Below, piece by piece: positions 40,470-50,069 of a stretch of DNA of 64,000 bases; the stretch's first letter is position 1, and every line of letters starts with the position of its first letter. The position numbers and the translations under genes are program-made. The notes below the pieces were generated by a model that ran no database searches, had not been told where the DNA came from, and worked only from the letters and a program-made list of their open reading frames with translations. This stretch comes from an uncultured Gammaproteobacteria bacterium (lineage in GTDB: Bacteria; Patescibacteriota; Microgenomatia; 2-02-FULL-39-11). The stretch spans positions 67,468-131,467 of the forward strand of contig CAZJBV010000002.1 in NCBI GenBank assembly GCA_964544585.1. Direction: 5' to 3'.

Positions 40470-41854
40470 AGAAATATTATCTAAGTCTTATTCTTCTAAT
40501 CGCTCTTATATTGCGTCTTATAAATCTCAACCAATCTCTCTGGCTTGATGAAGCTGCCCAAGCCCTCGAGTCCGCCCGCCCTCTTTCCCAACAGCTCAAT
40601 ATCGTTGCCGATTTTCATCCGCCGCTCTATCATATTTTTCTTCATTTTTGGATGCTGGGAGGCAAAAGTGAAATTTGGTTGCGCACCCCCTCAGTTTTAT
40701 TCGGAATAGGCGCTATCTTTCTCTTAATCAAAATAGGTAGATTACTCGGGCATGAAAAAGCATCACTATTGGGAGGACTTTTTTTTGCCATATCGCCATT
40801 TGCCATTTGGTACTCACAAGAAATCCGCCCCTATATATTTTTTACTTTCTTTTCTCTCCTATCAACATATTTTCTCTTAAAAAAGAACTGGTCATGGTAT
40901 ACCGCGACTTCAGTTTTAACAATATATTCCAATTACTTCGCCCCCTTTTTATTCCTTTCACAAATACTGTATGTCTTATTTTTCGACAAAAAAAATATAA
41001 AGATTCTTTTGGCTTTACTCATCATTATTGGTTTGGCCTTTTTACCATGGTTTCCCTTTTTTCTCGATCAACTTAAAGTTGGAACGGCAGGAGTATTCCG
41101 CGGCTGGAGCCAAATTGTTTCTGTTGAGGCAATAAAAGTTATTCCTCTCACACTGGCCAAATTCATCTTTGGCAGAGGAACAATTGACAATCAGCTATTA
41201 TACGCCCTCATTCTCTCCCCAATCCTAATAATATTTTTATATTCAGTCATTATCCTTGGAAAGGAAAAAAGTAATTGGAAACTCTTTTTTTTCTTTTTTA
41301 TTCCTCTCTTATCTGTCACTTTCATAACAGCAATCATACCCATTGCCGCCCCCCAGCGTCTCCTCTTTATCTCACCTTATTTTCTCCTTATTATTGCCGC
41401 ATCGATCGAGAAATTACCACCAAAAGAAAAATATTTTTGTATTTTATTAGTAGTTGCAGTTTCCCTTGCTGGATTGTGGCAGTATTATACCGATGAAAAA
41501 GTCCAAAGAGAAAAATGGAGAGAGGCAGTTCTCTATATTGAAAAATCGACGCCAAAAGACAGCGTAGCTCTATTTATTTTTCCCACACCATTTGCCCCAT
41601 GGCAGTGGTACAACCGGAATATCATTACAGGAAAAGGAATAGCACCTGCTTTTATAGTCAGGGACGAAGATCTTATAAATCTGGAAAAGGAAATATTTGA
41701 TAAAAAAGGAATTTTCCTTTTCCAATACTTAAGCGGACTGACCGATCCTGAAGGCAAAACCCTGGCCAAATTAAACGATTTAGGATATAAACAATCTGAT
41801 ATTAAAAACTTTGCCGGAGTAGGGTTTATATACGTTTTGGAAAAGCCTTTATGA
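40466..41854 (+). CDS. GT39/GT83-like GT-C glycosyltransferase (ArnT/PMT family)
   Basis: 'LWLDEAAQALESA' first-loop DE motif; multi-TM with a C-terminal soluble domain. Confidence 0.75.
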   Translation: MKKYYLSLILLIALILRLINLNQSLWLDEAAQALESARPLSQQLNIVADFHPPLYHIFLHFWMLGGKSEIWLRTPSVLFGIGAIFLLIKIGRLLGHEKASLLGGLFFAISPFAIWYSQEIRPYIFFTFFSLLSTYFLLKKNWSWYTATSVLTIYSNYFAPFLFLSQILYVLFFDKKNIKILLALLIIIGLAFLPWFPFFLDQLKVGTAGVFRGWSQIVSVEAIKVIPLTLAKFIFGRGTIDNQLLYALILSPILIIFLYSVIILGKEKSNWKLFFFFFIPLLSVTFITAIIPIAAPQRLLFISPYFLLIIAASIEKLPPKEKYFCILLVVAVSLAGLWQYYTDEKVQREKWREAVLYIEKSTPKDSVALFIFPTPFAPWQWYNRNIITGKGIAPAFIVRDEDLINLEKEIFDKKGIFLFQYLSGLTDPEGKTLAKLNDLGYKQSDIKNFAGVGFIYVLEKPL

Positions 41855-42981
41855 TTAAAGTCGCCATAGACATAACACAAATAATTCACAAAGGTACAGG
41901 TGTGGCAAACTATGTCAGAAACCTATGCATCCACCTAGCCAAAAATAGAGACATATCTCTCGTACTCTTTGGTTATTCTTACTCAAAATTTAACGAGCTT
42001 CTAAATTTTACAAACGATATAAAAAGAATAAACCAAACTGTTGAAGTAAAACTATTTAAAATTCCAGAAAGATTTTTCAATATTTTATGGAATACACTAC
42101 ACATTATCGCGGTCGAAAGATTGATAGGTCCAGTGGATATCATCCATACCTCAGACTGGATAGAACCTCCCTCCCATGCTCCCAAAGTTACTACAATTCA
42201 TGATCTCATCATATACAAATATTCAGATACATCCCATCCATATATCATCAAAACACAATCCAAAAAGCTGGCATGGGTAAAAAAAGAGACAGAAACGATC
42301 TTTGCTGACTCAGAAACAACGAAAAAGGACATAGTTGATCTTTTAAAAATATCTTCAGAGAAAATAAAAGTAGTCTATCCTGGTCTTGATAAAGATATTT
42401 ATCCTCGTGGAAACCATATTATAGTCGGAGTCGAAAAAAGATATAAAATAAGAGGAGATTATATTCTCTCTGTAGGTACTCAGGAACCACGCAAAAACTT
42501 AAAAGCCGCCATCGATGCTTTTACTTTATATCAACAGCATCCTCTTGTCCAAATAAAAAAACCCCCAGTCGAGCTCATTATTATCGGCAAGTATGGCTGG
42601 GGAGAAGGAGCATACGTTCCGCCCGGAGTCAGAAATATTGGTTTTATAGAAACCAGAGAATTATCAGCGCTCTATAGCGGATCTTTAATGCTGGTTTACA
42701 CCTCTCTTTATGAAGGATTCGGATTTCCCGCTCTTGAAGCAATGAAATGTGGCTGTCCGGTAATTTTATCAGATAGGGGGAGTCTAGCCGAAATAGGAAA
42801 AAATGCGGCAATATTGGTCAACCCCCACGACGTCCGTGAAATAGCAAGACAGATGGTCACGCTGACAGTCAATAAAAAACAGAGAGATCAATGGAGGGAA
42901 AAGGGATTAAAAAATGCCGAAAAATACAAATGGGAAAGCGCGATTGATAAAATAATCTCTCACTATAAGAAAATTGCATGA
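41851..42981 (+). CDS. GT4 glycosyltransferase
   Basis: 'YEGFGFPALEAMKCGCPVILS'. Confidence 0.8.
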   Translation: MIKVAIDITQIIHKGTGVANYVRNLCIHLAKNRDISLVLFGYSYSKFNELLNFTNDIKRINQTVEVKLFKIPERFFNILWNTLHIIAVERLIGPVDIIHTSDWIEPPSHAPKVTTIHDLIIYKYSDTSHPYIIKTQSKKLAWVKKETETIFADSETTKKDIVDLLKISSEKIKVVYPGLDKDIYPRGNHIIVGVEKRYKIRGDYILSVGTQEPRKNLKAAIDAFTLYQQHPLVQIKKPPVELIIIGKYGWGEGAYVPPGVRNIGFIETRELSALYSGSLMLVYTSLYEGFGFPALEAMKCGCPVILSDRGSLAEIGKNAAILVNPHDVREIARQMVTLTVNKKQRDQWREKGLKNAEKYKWESAIDKIISHYKKIA

Positions 42982-44282
42982 ACAAAAAGGATACCCTTTT
43001 TTTAATCACCGCATGCCTTCTGACCTTAGTCATTTTCTTCAAAGCCCTTTCCAACTTTTTCTTCATGGACGATTTCGTCAATATGTATATCGGCTGGGTC
43101 CAAAATTGGGACGACCTCAGAACCATGCTCTTCTCATTTCAAACTTATCCTTACACCGCCTATCGTCCCATACCTTATTTTCTCTACGGATATATAATCA
43201 TCAATATTTTTCATCTCAATCCCATCATTACTCATCTTGCCATGTTTTCACTTCATATATTTAATGCCTATCTTGTCTATAAATTATCAAAATCTATTAT
43301 TACTGCACTCATTTACTCAACCGCGGCTATTCACTTCGGTTCTCTCTATTGGTGGAGCGGACATTATGTCACAGTAGGCACTACCTTTTTCCTCCTCTCA
43401 ATTCTTACTTATCCTAAATGGAAAACGTTACTACTATATGTCCCAATGCTTCTCTCAAATGAAAGTCTACTTTTGATACCAATTATTTATTTATTTATTT
43501 CTAAACTTCAAAAAAAGCACCCACCATACAAATTATTATCGTTAATGATTATAATGAGTCTTGCTTCGTTTATTTTTCGCCTTCGCATCAGTAAATTTGG
43601 CCAACTACCCGATTATGCCATTGGAAACATCACTCAAATAATTCAAACAATCCGTTGGTACTTTTTACGCTTGACTAACCTTCCAGAGGCAGTCCAAAGT
43701 ATGCCCACCGCCGAAAGAAATGTTTTATATACAATAGTCGCCATGTTCATTATCACTTTAGTTATCCTCGTCTTTAAATTCTGGAAAAAAATAATAAAAA
43801 ACTCTTCAATTCATCTCGGATCAATCATTTTTATTACTACCGCATCAGCCTTTTTCCTTCTTCCCAAACATCTTTCCAGTTATTATTTAAATACAGGTTT
43901 TGTCGGTGCTGGCCTAATTTTGGGGACAATCATTAGTTTCGGATTTTCCTCACAAAAATTTCAACTCAAAGCCATTTCCCTCATATCCATAATCACATTT
44001 CTCACCGGATCATTTATAAGCGTCCAATATATGAGTAAAACATCGCCTCTTGTCTGGCGCGGGGAAATTGCACGCAACTATATAGAAAAAGTAAGATCGG
44101 CCCATCCGGTTATTCTCAAAAATGCAACCATTATTTTTCAAAACACCAAAGTCCCTCTTGGAGAATTAAGTATTACCCTATACCATGATAAAGCACTCCG
44201 TTTATATTACAATGATAAGACAATAAAAGTATTGTATGGAAAGAAGTCCAAAGATAAAAATTTATTCGTTATTCAAGATTAA
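42978..44282 (+). CDS. GT-C-like membrane protein (third paralog of the FxxDDF/YRP family)
   Basis: 'FFFMDDFV' and 'AYRPIP'. Confidence 0.55.
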   Translation: MNKKDTLFLITACLLTLVIFFKALSNFFFMDDFVNMYIGWVQNWDDLRTMLFSFQTYPYTAYRPIPYFLYGYIIINIFHLNPIITHLAMFSLHIFNAYLVYKLSKSIITALIYSTAAIHFGSLYWWSGHYVTVGTTFFLLSILTYPKWKTLLLYVPMLLSNESLLLIPIIYLFISKLQKKHPPYKLLSLMIIMSLASFIFRLRISKFGQLPDYAIGNITQIIQTIRWYFLRLTNLPEAVQSMPTAERNVLYTIVAMFIITLVILVFKFWKKIIKNSSIHLGSIIFITTASAFFLLPKHLSSYYLNTGFVGAGLILGTIISFGFSSQKFQLKAISLISIITFLTGSFISVQYMSKTSPLVWRGEIARNYIEKVRSAHPVILKNATIIFQNTKVPLGELSITLYHDKALRLYYNDKTIKVLYGKKSKDKNLFVIQD

Positions 44283-44296
44283 ATTCATAATTCATA

Positions 44297-44317
44297 CCTG
44301 CCTGACCGGCAGGCAGG
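44297..44317. repeat. GC-rich palindromic element A3 (core only), intergenic, flanked by TTCATAATTCATA direct repeats; possible terminator hairpin
   Basis: cctgcctgaccggcaggcagg, lying between ...attcataattcata and cttcataattcataattc, 15 bp after the stop of the upstream CDS. Confidence 0.75.
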
Positions 44318-44341
44318 CTTCATAATTCATAATTCAATTTT

Positions 44342-45421
44342 ATGCACATAGGCATAGATGGCTACGAAATAAATGCCCACAAATTGGTGGGCGTTGGAGT
44401 CTGGGGGCTAGAAATAATAAAAAAACTATATTGGTTAGATGATCAAAACAGTTATATTATCTATCTGCCATCTTCTCCTCAAAATCTTCCCCCGGAAAGA
44501 ATAAATTGGAAATATCGAATTATTCCCTCTCTCGGATTCTGGACATTTACATCCTTACCATTTGGCATTTGGTCAGGCAAAAAACTTAACGTTTTTTTTA
44601 GCCCCACTCATTACATTCCCAGATTTGTAAATATTCCACGCGTCGTATCTATAATGGATCTGTCTTATCTACACTATCCAGAGATGTTTCTTCCCAAAGA
44701 TTTGTATCAGCTGAAAAACTGGACAGACTATTCAATCAAAAATTCTCAAAAGATAATTACCATTAGCCAGTTTACTAAATCTGAAATAGTAAAATACTAT
44801 AGCGTTTCCCCTGATAAAATTGTTGTTGTTTACCCAGGCTTAAATGAAATTTATCTGAAAAAAAATACCGAAAAACCAATTATTCCAGGCAATTATTTAC
44901 TCTTCATCGGCACCATCCAACCCAGAAAGAATATTGAAAGACTCATTGATGCATTTGCACAAGGCCCCGCCAGGCAGAATTCGAAATTGGTCATTGTAGG
45001 CAAAAAAGGCTGGCTTTATCAAAGCATCTTTGCCAAAGTAAAGAAACTCAATCTTGAAAACAAGGTCCAATTCTTAGACTATATCCCCGAGACTGACATG
45101 CCCAACATTTATCAAAATGCTAAAGCCTTTATCCTACAGAGCTTCTATGAGGGTTTTGGTATTCCTGTAGTTGAAGCTATGGCTTCTGGCATTCCCACAA
45201 TTATTTCAAATACTTCTAGTCTTCCCGAAGTCGGAGGCAAAGCAAGTATTTATGTGGATCCAGACAGTGTAGACTCAATAAAAAATGGTATTATTAAAGC
45301 TCTAACTTTAAAAGACTTCGAAAGAAAAAAACTTATTCAAGCTGGCTTTGCCCAAATCAAAAAATTCTCCTATCGCAAAAGCGCCGAAATTGTACTCAAA
45401 ACCCTAAAAGATATAAAATAA
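44342..45421 (+). CDS. GT4 glycosyltransferase
   Basis: 'FYEGFGIPVVEAMASGIPTI'. Confidence 0.85.
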   Translation: MHIGIDGYEINAHKLVGVGVWGLEIIKKLYWLDDQNSYIIYLPSSPQNLPPERINWKYRIIPSLGFWTFTSLPFGIWSGKKLNVFFSPTHYIPRFVNIPRVVSIMDLSYLHYPEMFLPKDLYQLKNWTDYSIKNSQKIITISQFTKSEIVKYYSVSPDKIVVVYPGLNEIYLKKNTEKPIIPGNYLLFIGTIQPRKNIERLIDAFAQGPARQNSKLVIVGKKGWLYQSIFAKVKKLNLENKVQFLDYIPETDMPNIYQNAKAFILQSFYEGFGIPVVEAMASGIPTIISNTSSLPEVGGKASIYVDPDSVDSIKNGIIKALTLKDFERKKLIQAGFAQIKKFSYRKSAEIVLKTLKDIK

Positions 45422-45440
45422 CAAAGGAGGGCGAATCCGA

Positions 45441-45477
45441 CACCTCCGAGGTGTGCGCATGCACTCCTCGGACGGTG
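45441..45477. repeat. GC-rich palindromic element B1 (CACCTCCGAGGTGTGCGCATGCACTCCTCGGACGGTG), intergenic/5' of the acetyltransferase
   Basis: Near-identical to B2 at 51244-51283, with about 33/37 positions matching. Confidence 0.85.
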
Positions 45478-45491
45478 TTGCATTAAGATCT

Positions 45492-46088
45492 ATGTTTAAA
45501 GACAAAGATGGTCGGAGTCTAAGCGTCCATGAGGCTAGCGTCAAGGGCGTAAATAGATTATTCAATATAATTCTCGATTTTGAACTCATGCTTCTTAGAT
45601 GGGTAGGGCATTTTCCCATCCATTTCATCCGCCGCTTTTTTTATCGACTCGCTGGTATAAAAATAGGCAACGGCTCCACTATCCACATGTGGGCAAACTT
45701 TTTCTATCCCCCAAACATCACAATTGGAGATGACACCACTATTGGTGACCACGCCTTTCTAGACGGGCGCGCCCCATTAACTATCGGCAATCACGTCGAT
45801 ATCGCCTCCCAAGTATTAATTTATAACTCTGAGCACGATATAAATGATCCTACATTCAAAGCTATAGTGCAAAATGTAGTCATAGAAGACTATGTATTTA
45901 TTGGTCCCCGCTCAATCATTCTTCCCGGTGTCACTATCGGCAAAGGTGCAATTATTGGCGCCGGAGCCGTAGTAACCGGTGACATTGACCCATTCACGGT
46001 AGTTGGTGGAGTTCCAGCAAAACCTATAACCAAACGCACTCTTCAAAACCCATCTTACCGCATTGGCCGCGCCCGACTCTTTCAATGA
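45492..46088 (+). CDS. left-handed beta-helix (hexapeptide repeat) sugar O-acetyltransferase (WcaF/WbbJ-like)
   Basis: Repeated 'IGD...IG' hexapeptide units ('ITIGDDTTIGDHAFLDG', 'VTIGKGAIIGAGAVVTG'). The ORF extends upstream to 45453 through GC-rich repeat B1, so the ATG at 45492 is the preferred start. Confidence 0.7.
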   Translation: MFKDKDGRSLSVHEASVKGVNRLFNIILDFELMLLRWVGHFPIHFIRRFFYRLAGIKIGNGSTIHMWANFFYPPNITIGDDTTIGDHAFLDGRAPLTIGNHVDIASQVLIYNSEHDINDPTFKAIVQNVVIEDYVFIGPRSIILPGVTIGKGAIIGAGAVVTGDIDPFTVVGGVPAKPITKRTLQNPSYRIGRARLFQ

Positions 46089-46987
46089 AACTCTCCATTA
46101 TTATTGTCAGTTTCAATACCAAAGATCTTTTAAAAGATTGCCTTAACTCAATTTCCCAAAAAACGTCAAAAGAATTTTTAAAAAAAATTGAGATAATGGT
46201 CGTAGACAACTCTTCCACCGATGGATCAGTCGAAATGCTAAAAAAAGAATATCCAACAGTATTAATCATCGAAAATAGAGAAAACCTGGGATTTTCTAAG
46301 GCAAATAATATTGCTATAAGAAAATCAAAAGGGGATTACATTCTCCTTCTTAATAGTGATACGCTTTGCAAAAAAAATACCCTGGAAAAAACTTTAAACT
46401 ATATTGAAACTCGTCCTGAAGTTGGCGTTCTCGGTTGTCGCCTCAAAAATAAAGATGGCTCCATTCAATATTCGGCAGGATATCTTCCAAATATTATCAA
46501 TCTATCTCTGTGGATGAAATTTATTGACGACGTTCCAGTTCTCAATAAATTTCTATTTCCCTACCACATAAATTTTCCAGATTTTTATAAAAAGTCTTCA
46601 GATGTAGGCTGGGTGAGCGGCGCATTTTTTTTAGTCAGGAAAAAATTATTTACAGTAGTAGGTTTATTTGACGAAAACCTTTTCATGTATGGTGAGGAAG
46701 TAGAGTATTGCCTACGCATAGCTAAAAGTGGTTGGAAAGCTAATTTTTTTAGTGAGACAGAAATAATACACCTCAAAGGACAGTCCGGAGAAGGGGAAAA
46801 AGCGGGATTATTAGAAGAATTCAAAGCTTTAAAATATATTTGGCATAAGCACTATCCCTCTTGGCAATTCCCACTTCTTATCCTAATTTTAAAATTCGGA
46901 GCTTTATTACGACTCGTTCTCTTTGGTATAATTTTAGGAGACTCCCATAAAAAGGAAATTTATGCGAAAGCTTTTAAGTTGGCTTGA
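46085..46987 (+). CDS. GT2 glycosyltransferase (rhamnosyltransferase/WbbL-like)
   Basis: 'LSIIIVSFNT', 'VVDNSSTDGS', 'ENLGFSKANN' and 'LLLNSDT'. Confidence 0.8.
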   Translation: MKLSIIIVSFNTKDLLKDCLNSISQKTSKEFLKKIEIMVVDNSSTDGSVEMLKKEYPTVLIIENRENLGFSKANNIAIRKSKGDYILLLNSDTLCKKNTLEKTLNYIETRPEVGVLGCRLKNKDGSIQYSAGYLPNIINLSLWMKFIDDVPVLNKFLFPYHINFPDFYKKSSDVGWVSGAFFLVRKKLFTVVGLFDENLFMYGEEVEYCLRIAKSGWKANFFSETEIIHLKGQSGEGEKAGLLEEFKALKYIWHKHYPSWQFPLLILILKFGALLRLVLFGIILGDSHKKEIYAKAFKLA

Positions 46988-49900
46988 CGACAATCTTATT
47001 TCGATACTAGCCGGATTCCTTCTTGTCTTTATTCCTCTATACCCTAAATTGCCTCTATTTGAGGCTCTTCCAGGTTATATAGTCCGAGTCAGACTCGAAG
47101 ACTTCTTTGTTTTTACAACCGCATTTTTATGGCTCATTTGGCTCATAAGAGGCAAAATAAGCCTCGACCAAAATCCGATAATTAAATGGATCGGCATCTA
47201 TCTCGCAATCGGGATTCTCTCGATGGTCTCGGCCATCTTCATCATCCAGACTGTTCCTTTCGAAGCCCTACATATAGGCAAAATGGTCCTCCATTTTCTT
47301 CGCCGCATTGAATATTTTTCCCTTTTTTTTATTTTTTATACCACCATTCGCTCAATGCGACAGGTTAAAATCTATCTTCTACTTCTTATTGCCGTAGTTG
47401 TAGCCGTGACTTTGTACGGTTATGGCCAGAAATACCTCTATTGGCCGGCGTTCTCTACCATGAATCGCGAGTTTTCCAAAGGCTGGGTTCTCTATCTTAC
47501 AGCCCACGCCCGAGTTTTATCTACTTTCGGCGGCCATTATGACTTGGCTGCATTTACCATGATGATATTGATTATTCTCTGGAGTCTATTTCTTGGTGTT
47601 AAAAATCTTCTCTACAAGGCATTAATTTTTCTTATTCTGTCAGGGGCCTTTTGGCTTCTTATACTGACTGCCTCAAGGACTTCATTTTTAGCTTATCTAG
47701 CCGGAATAACCATCATGTGCTTTCTTTGGGCATTTAGACAAGGTTTACGTTGGTCATTCCTTTCCTGGATTGCCATAACTTTCTTAAGTATTTTTATCAT
47801 GCTCTCATTTGGAGATCTTTCCGACCGCTTTATGAAACTTTTAAAACTCGATGAAAGACTGGGAGGTATAAGAACGCTAGTCCTCAACCCTTTCGGAAAA
47901 CCGCCCGATGACCTATCCGCCTTATTTTTGGAAAACAATCCGGCTACAATTGCTGACGTCACCTCCAAAACGGACCAACCACCTTCTCCCGTTAGACCTG
48001 TGGATGTCACAGAGGATATTCCCCTCAAAATCCCATCAGCAAGCGGAATAGTTACAGTTAAAAGGACTTATTCCCAAAATGCCATTATGTATGATCTCTC
48101 CACGGGTATCAGATTCGATGCCCTCTGGCCGCGGGCAATTGCCGGTTTTAAAAGAAATCCCATTTTAGGTAGCGGCTATTCCACCCTTACCAAAGTCCAG
48201 GTAGAGGAATTTACAGAAGCAGAATCTACAGACAATGATTTTCTCCGAAGCTTGGGTGAAACCGGTTTACTTGGCTTTATTGCTTTCTATGGCATACTTA
48301 TTTCCATGCTTGTTGCTATCTGGAAGACATTTACCAAAGTAAAAGATCCAGTTTTTTATAGCTTTATTGTAGGCTTTGCTGGACTCATTATTGGCCTTCT
48401 TGTAAACGCAGCCTATATTGACGTATTTGAAGCCTCAAAAGTGGCTTACGCCTTCTGGGCCCTGGCAGGCATAACTTTTGGCGGCCTCAAAGTTTTAAAA
48501 AAAGATATCCAGAATTCAAATCAAAAACCATACATTCCCGATATCCATCGATTCCAAGTTTCGGCAAAGATAAAAGTTTTAAACTTTATAAAAAGTGACG
48601 TCTTCCGACTCATCCTCCTACTTCTTCTTGCCTTTCTTTTACGCAATTACAAAATAAATATGCCACTTGCCGACTGGCACTCCTGGCGGCAGTCAGATAC
48701 ATCATCTGTCACCCGAGATTTTATTAAAAATGGCATCAATCTTCTTTATCCTACTTATCAAGATTTGTCAAATGTAGCATCAGGGAAAGACAATCTCAAG
48801 GGACTACGTATGGTAGAATTTCCCCTTTACAATGCTTATGCCACATTTATAGACAAAATATTTGTCGGTTGGAATATAGAGTTTTCTGGAAGATTAGCAT
48901 CAGTCTTTGCTTCTCTTTTATCACTTATCTTTTTATTCAAATTCGTCAGGCGCTATTTAGGCAGAACCGGTGCATTTTTTGCCGCCCTTTTCTTTGCCAT
49001 CATCCCTTATAATATTTATTTCTCGCGTGTTATACTTCCGGAACCATTTCTTGTTACCTTATCTCTTGGTTTTCTTTATTATCTTGATCGATTCTTATTC
49101 GATAACGTCAAAATCTTCAAGCGCTTTTTACTCTTGATAATTTCTTTAATATTTTTATCTCTAGCCCTTTTAGTCAAACCATTTGCTATCTTTATGTTTA
49201 TACCCGCAGTCTATCTTTGGTATAGAAAGTATGGTTTTTCAAAGAAATTTTTCCTCGGACTATTGGTTTATTGGCTTATTGCTTTATTGCCTTTATGGTG
49301 GTGGCGTCAATGGATAAGCAATTTTCCTGAAGGCGTCCCTGCCTATGAATGGCTTTTAAACGGCGACGGAATTAGATTTAAAGGAGCATTTTTTCAATGG
49401 CTCTTTGCCGAAAGAATCACCAAACTAATCTTGGGATATTGGGGAGTGTCATTCCTTCTTCTTGGAATCCTCGTTAAATTTCCTAAAGAAACAAACGTAT
49501 TTTACTTTTATCTTTTGGGAATGTTAACTTATATTTCTGTAGTAGCCACAGGCAACGTCCGTCATGATTATTATCAAACATTTATAGTTCCACTCCTTTG
49601 CATTTTTTTGGCAAAGGGAGTAATGTTTCTTCTTTCCCATACAGCCGAAATATTTTCCCAAACCCGCAATTTAATTACCATAATATTAGTTATTGCTTTC
49701 ATGGAAGCATTTGGTTGGTACCAAATCCGCGATTTTTACAATATCAATCATCCCGAAATAGTCGAGGCTGGTCGCACTCTTGATAGGCTTACCCCTCAAA
49801 AAGCTCTTGTCATTGCCCCATACGAAGGAGACACCGCCTTTCTTTATCAGACAGGCAGAAAAGGCTGGCCCATCGTCCAAGACCCAATCGATATCATGGT

Positions 49901-50069
49901 CAAAAAGGGAGCTGACTACTATGTCAGCACCAAATTTGATGACCAGACCCGCGAATTAATATTAGAAGCCCAGAAAAAAACTACCGATAAAAAGCCATAT
50001 AAAATAATTGAATTTACCGACAAATTTGTCATCATCCAGCTTGTTCCAGATAAAGACCTTCCTAAATGA
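46962..50069 (+). CDS. fusion membrane protein: N-terminal O-antigen ligase/polymerase-like (Wzy_C) domain plus C-terminal GT-C (ArnT-like) domain
   Basis: 1035 aa. The 'ASRTSFLAYLAG' region is typical of the Wzy_C/O-antigen ligase family. The C-terminal half has 'DWHSWRQSDTS' and a multi-TM ArnT-like arrangement. Confidence 0.6.
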   Translation: MRKLLSWLDDNLISILAGFLLVFIPLYPKLPLFEALPGYIVRVRLEDFFVFTTAFLWLIWLIRGKISLDQNPIIKWIGIYLAIGILSMVSAIFIIQTVPFEALHIGKMVLHFLRRIEYFSLFFIFYTTIRSMRQVKIYLLLLIAVVVAVTLYGYGQKYLYWPAFSTMNREFSKGWVLYLTAHARVLSTFGGHYDLAAFTMMILIILWSLFLGVKNLLYKALIFLILSGAFWLLILTASRTSFLAYLAGITIMCFLWAFRQGLRWSFLSWIAITFLSIFIMLSFGDLSDRFMKLLKLDERLGGIRTLVLNPFGKPPDDLSALFLENNPATIADVTSKTDQPPSPVRPVDVTEDIPLKIPSASGIVTVKRTYSQNAIMYDLSTGIRFDALWPRAIAGFKRNPILGSGYSTLTKVQVEEFTEAESTDNDFLRSLGETGLLGFIAFYGILISMLVAIWKTFTKVKDPVFYSFIVGFAGLIIGLLVNAAYIDVFEASKVAYAFWALAGITFGGLKVLKKDIQNSNQKPYIPDIHRFQVSAKIKVLNFIKSDVFRLILLLLLAFLLRNYKINMPLADWHSWRQSDTSSVTRDFIKNGINLLYPTYQDLSNVASGKDNLKGLRMVEFPLYNAYATFIDKIFVGWNIEFSGRLASVFASLLSLIFLFKFVRRYLGRTGAFFAALFFAIIPYNIYFSRVILPEPFLVTLSLGFLYYLDRFLFDNVKIFKRFLLLIISLIFLSLALLVKPFAIFMFIPAVYLWYRKYGFSKKFFLGLLVYWLIALLPLWWWRQWISNFPEGVPAYEWLLNGDGIRFKGAFFQWLFAERITKLILGYWGVSFLLLGILVKFPKETNVFYFYLLGMLTYISVVATGNVRHDYYQTFIVPLLCIFLAKGVMFLLSHTAEIFSQTRNLITIILVIAFMEAFGWYQIRDFYNINHPEIVEAGRTLDRLTPQKALVIAPYEGDTAFLYQTGRKGWPIVQDPIDIMVKKGADYYVSTKFDDQTRELILEAQKKTTDKKPYKIIEFTDKFVIIQLVPDKDLPK

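Noticed and set aside
45453-45491. Upstream start of the acetyltransferase ORF (MRMHSSDGVALRS)
   Set aside because: These codons lie within palindromic repeat B1. LbH acetyltransferases normally have about 50-60 residues before the beta-helix, which the 45492 start satisfies.
47880-48010. GC-richer stretch in the 1035-aa fusion protein giving an antisense ORF (47693..48028)
   Set aside because: It corresponds to a Pro/Ser-rich inter-domain linker on the sense strand and has no palindromic structure. The antisense ORF is spurious.
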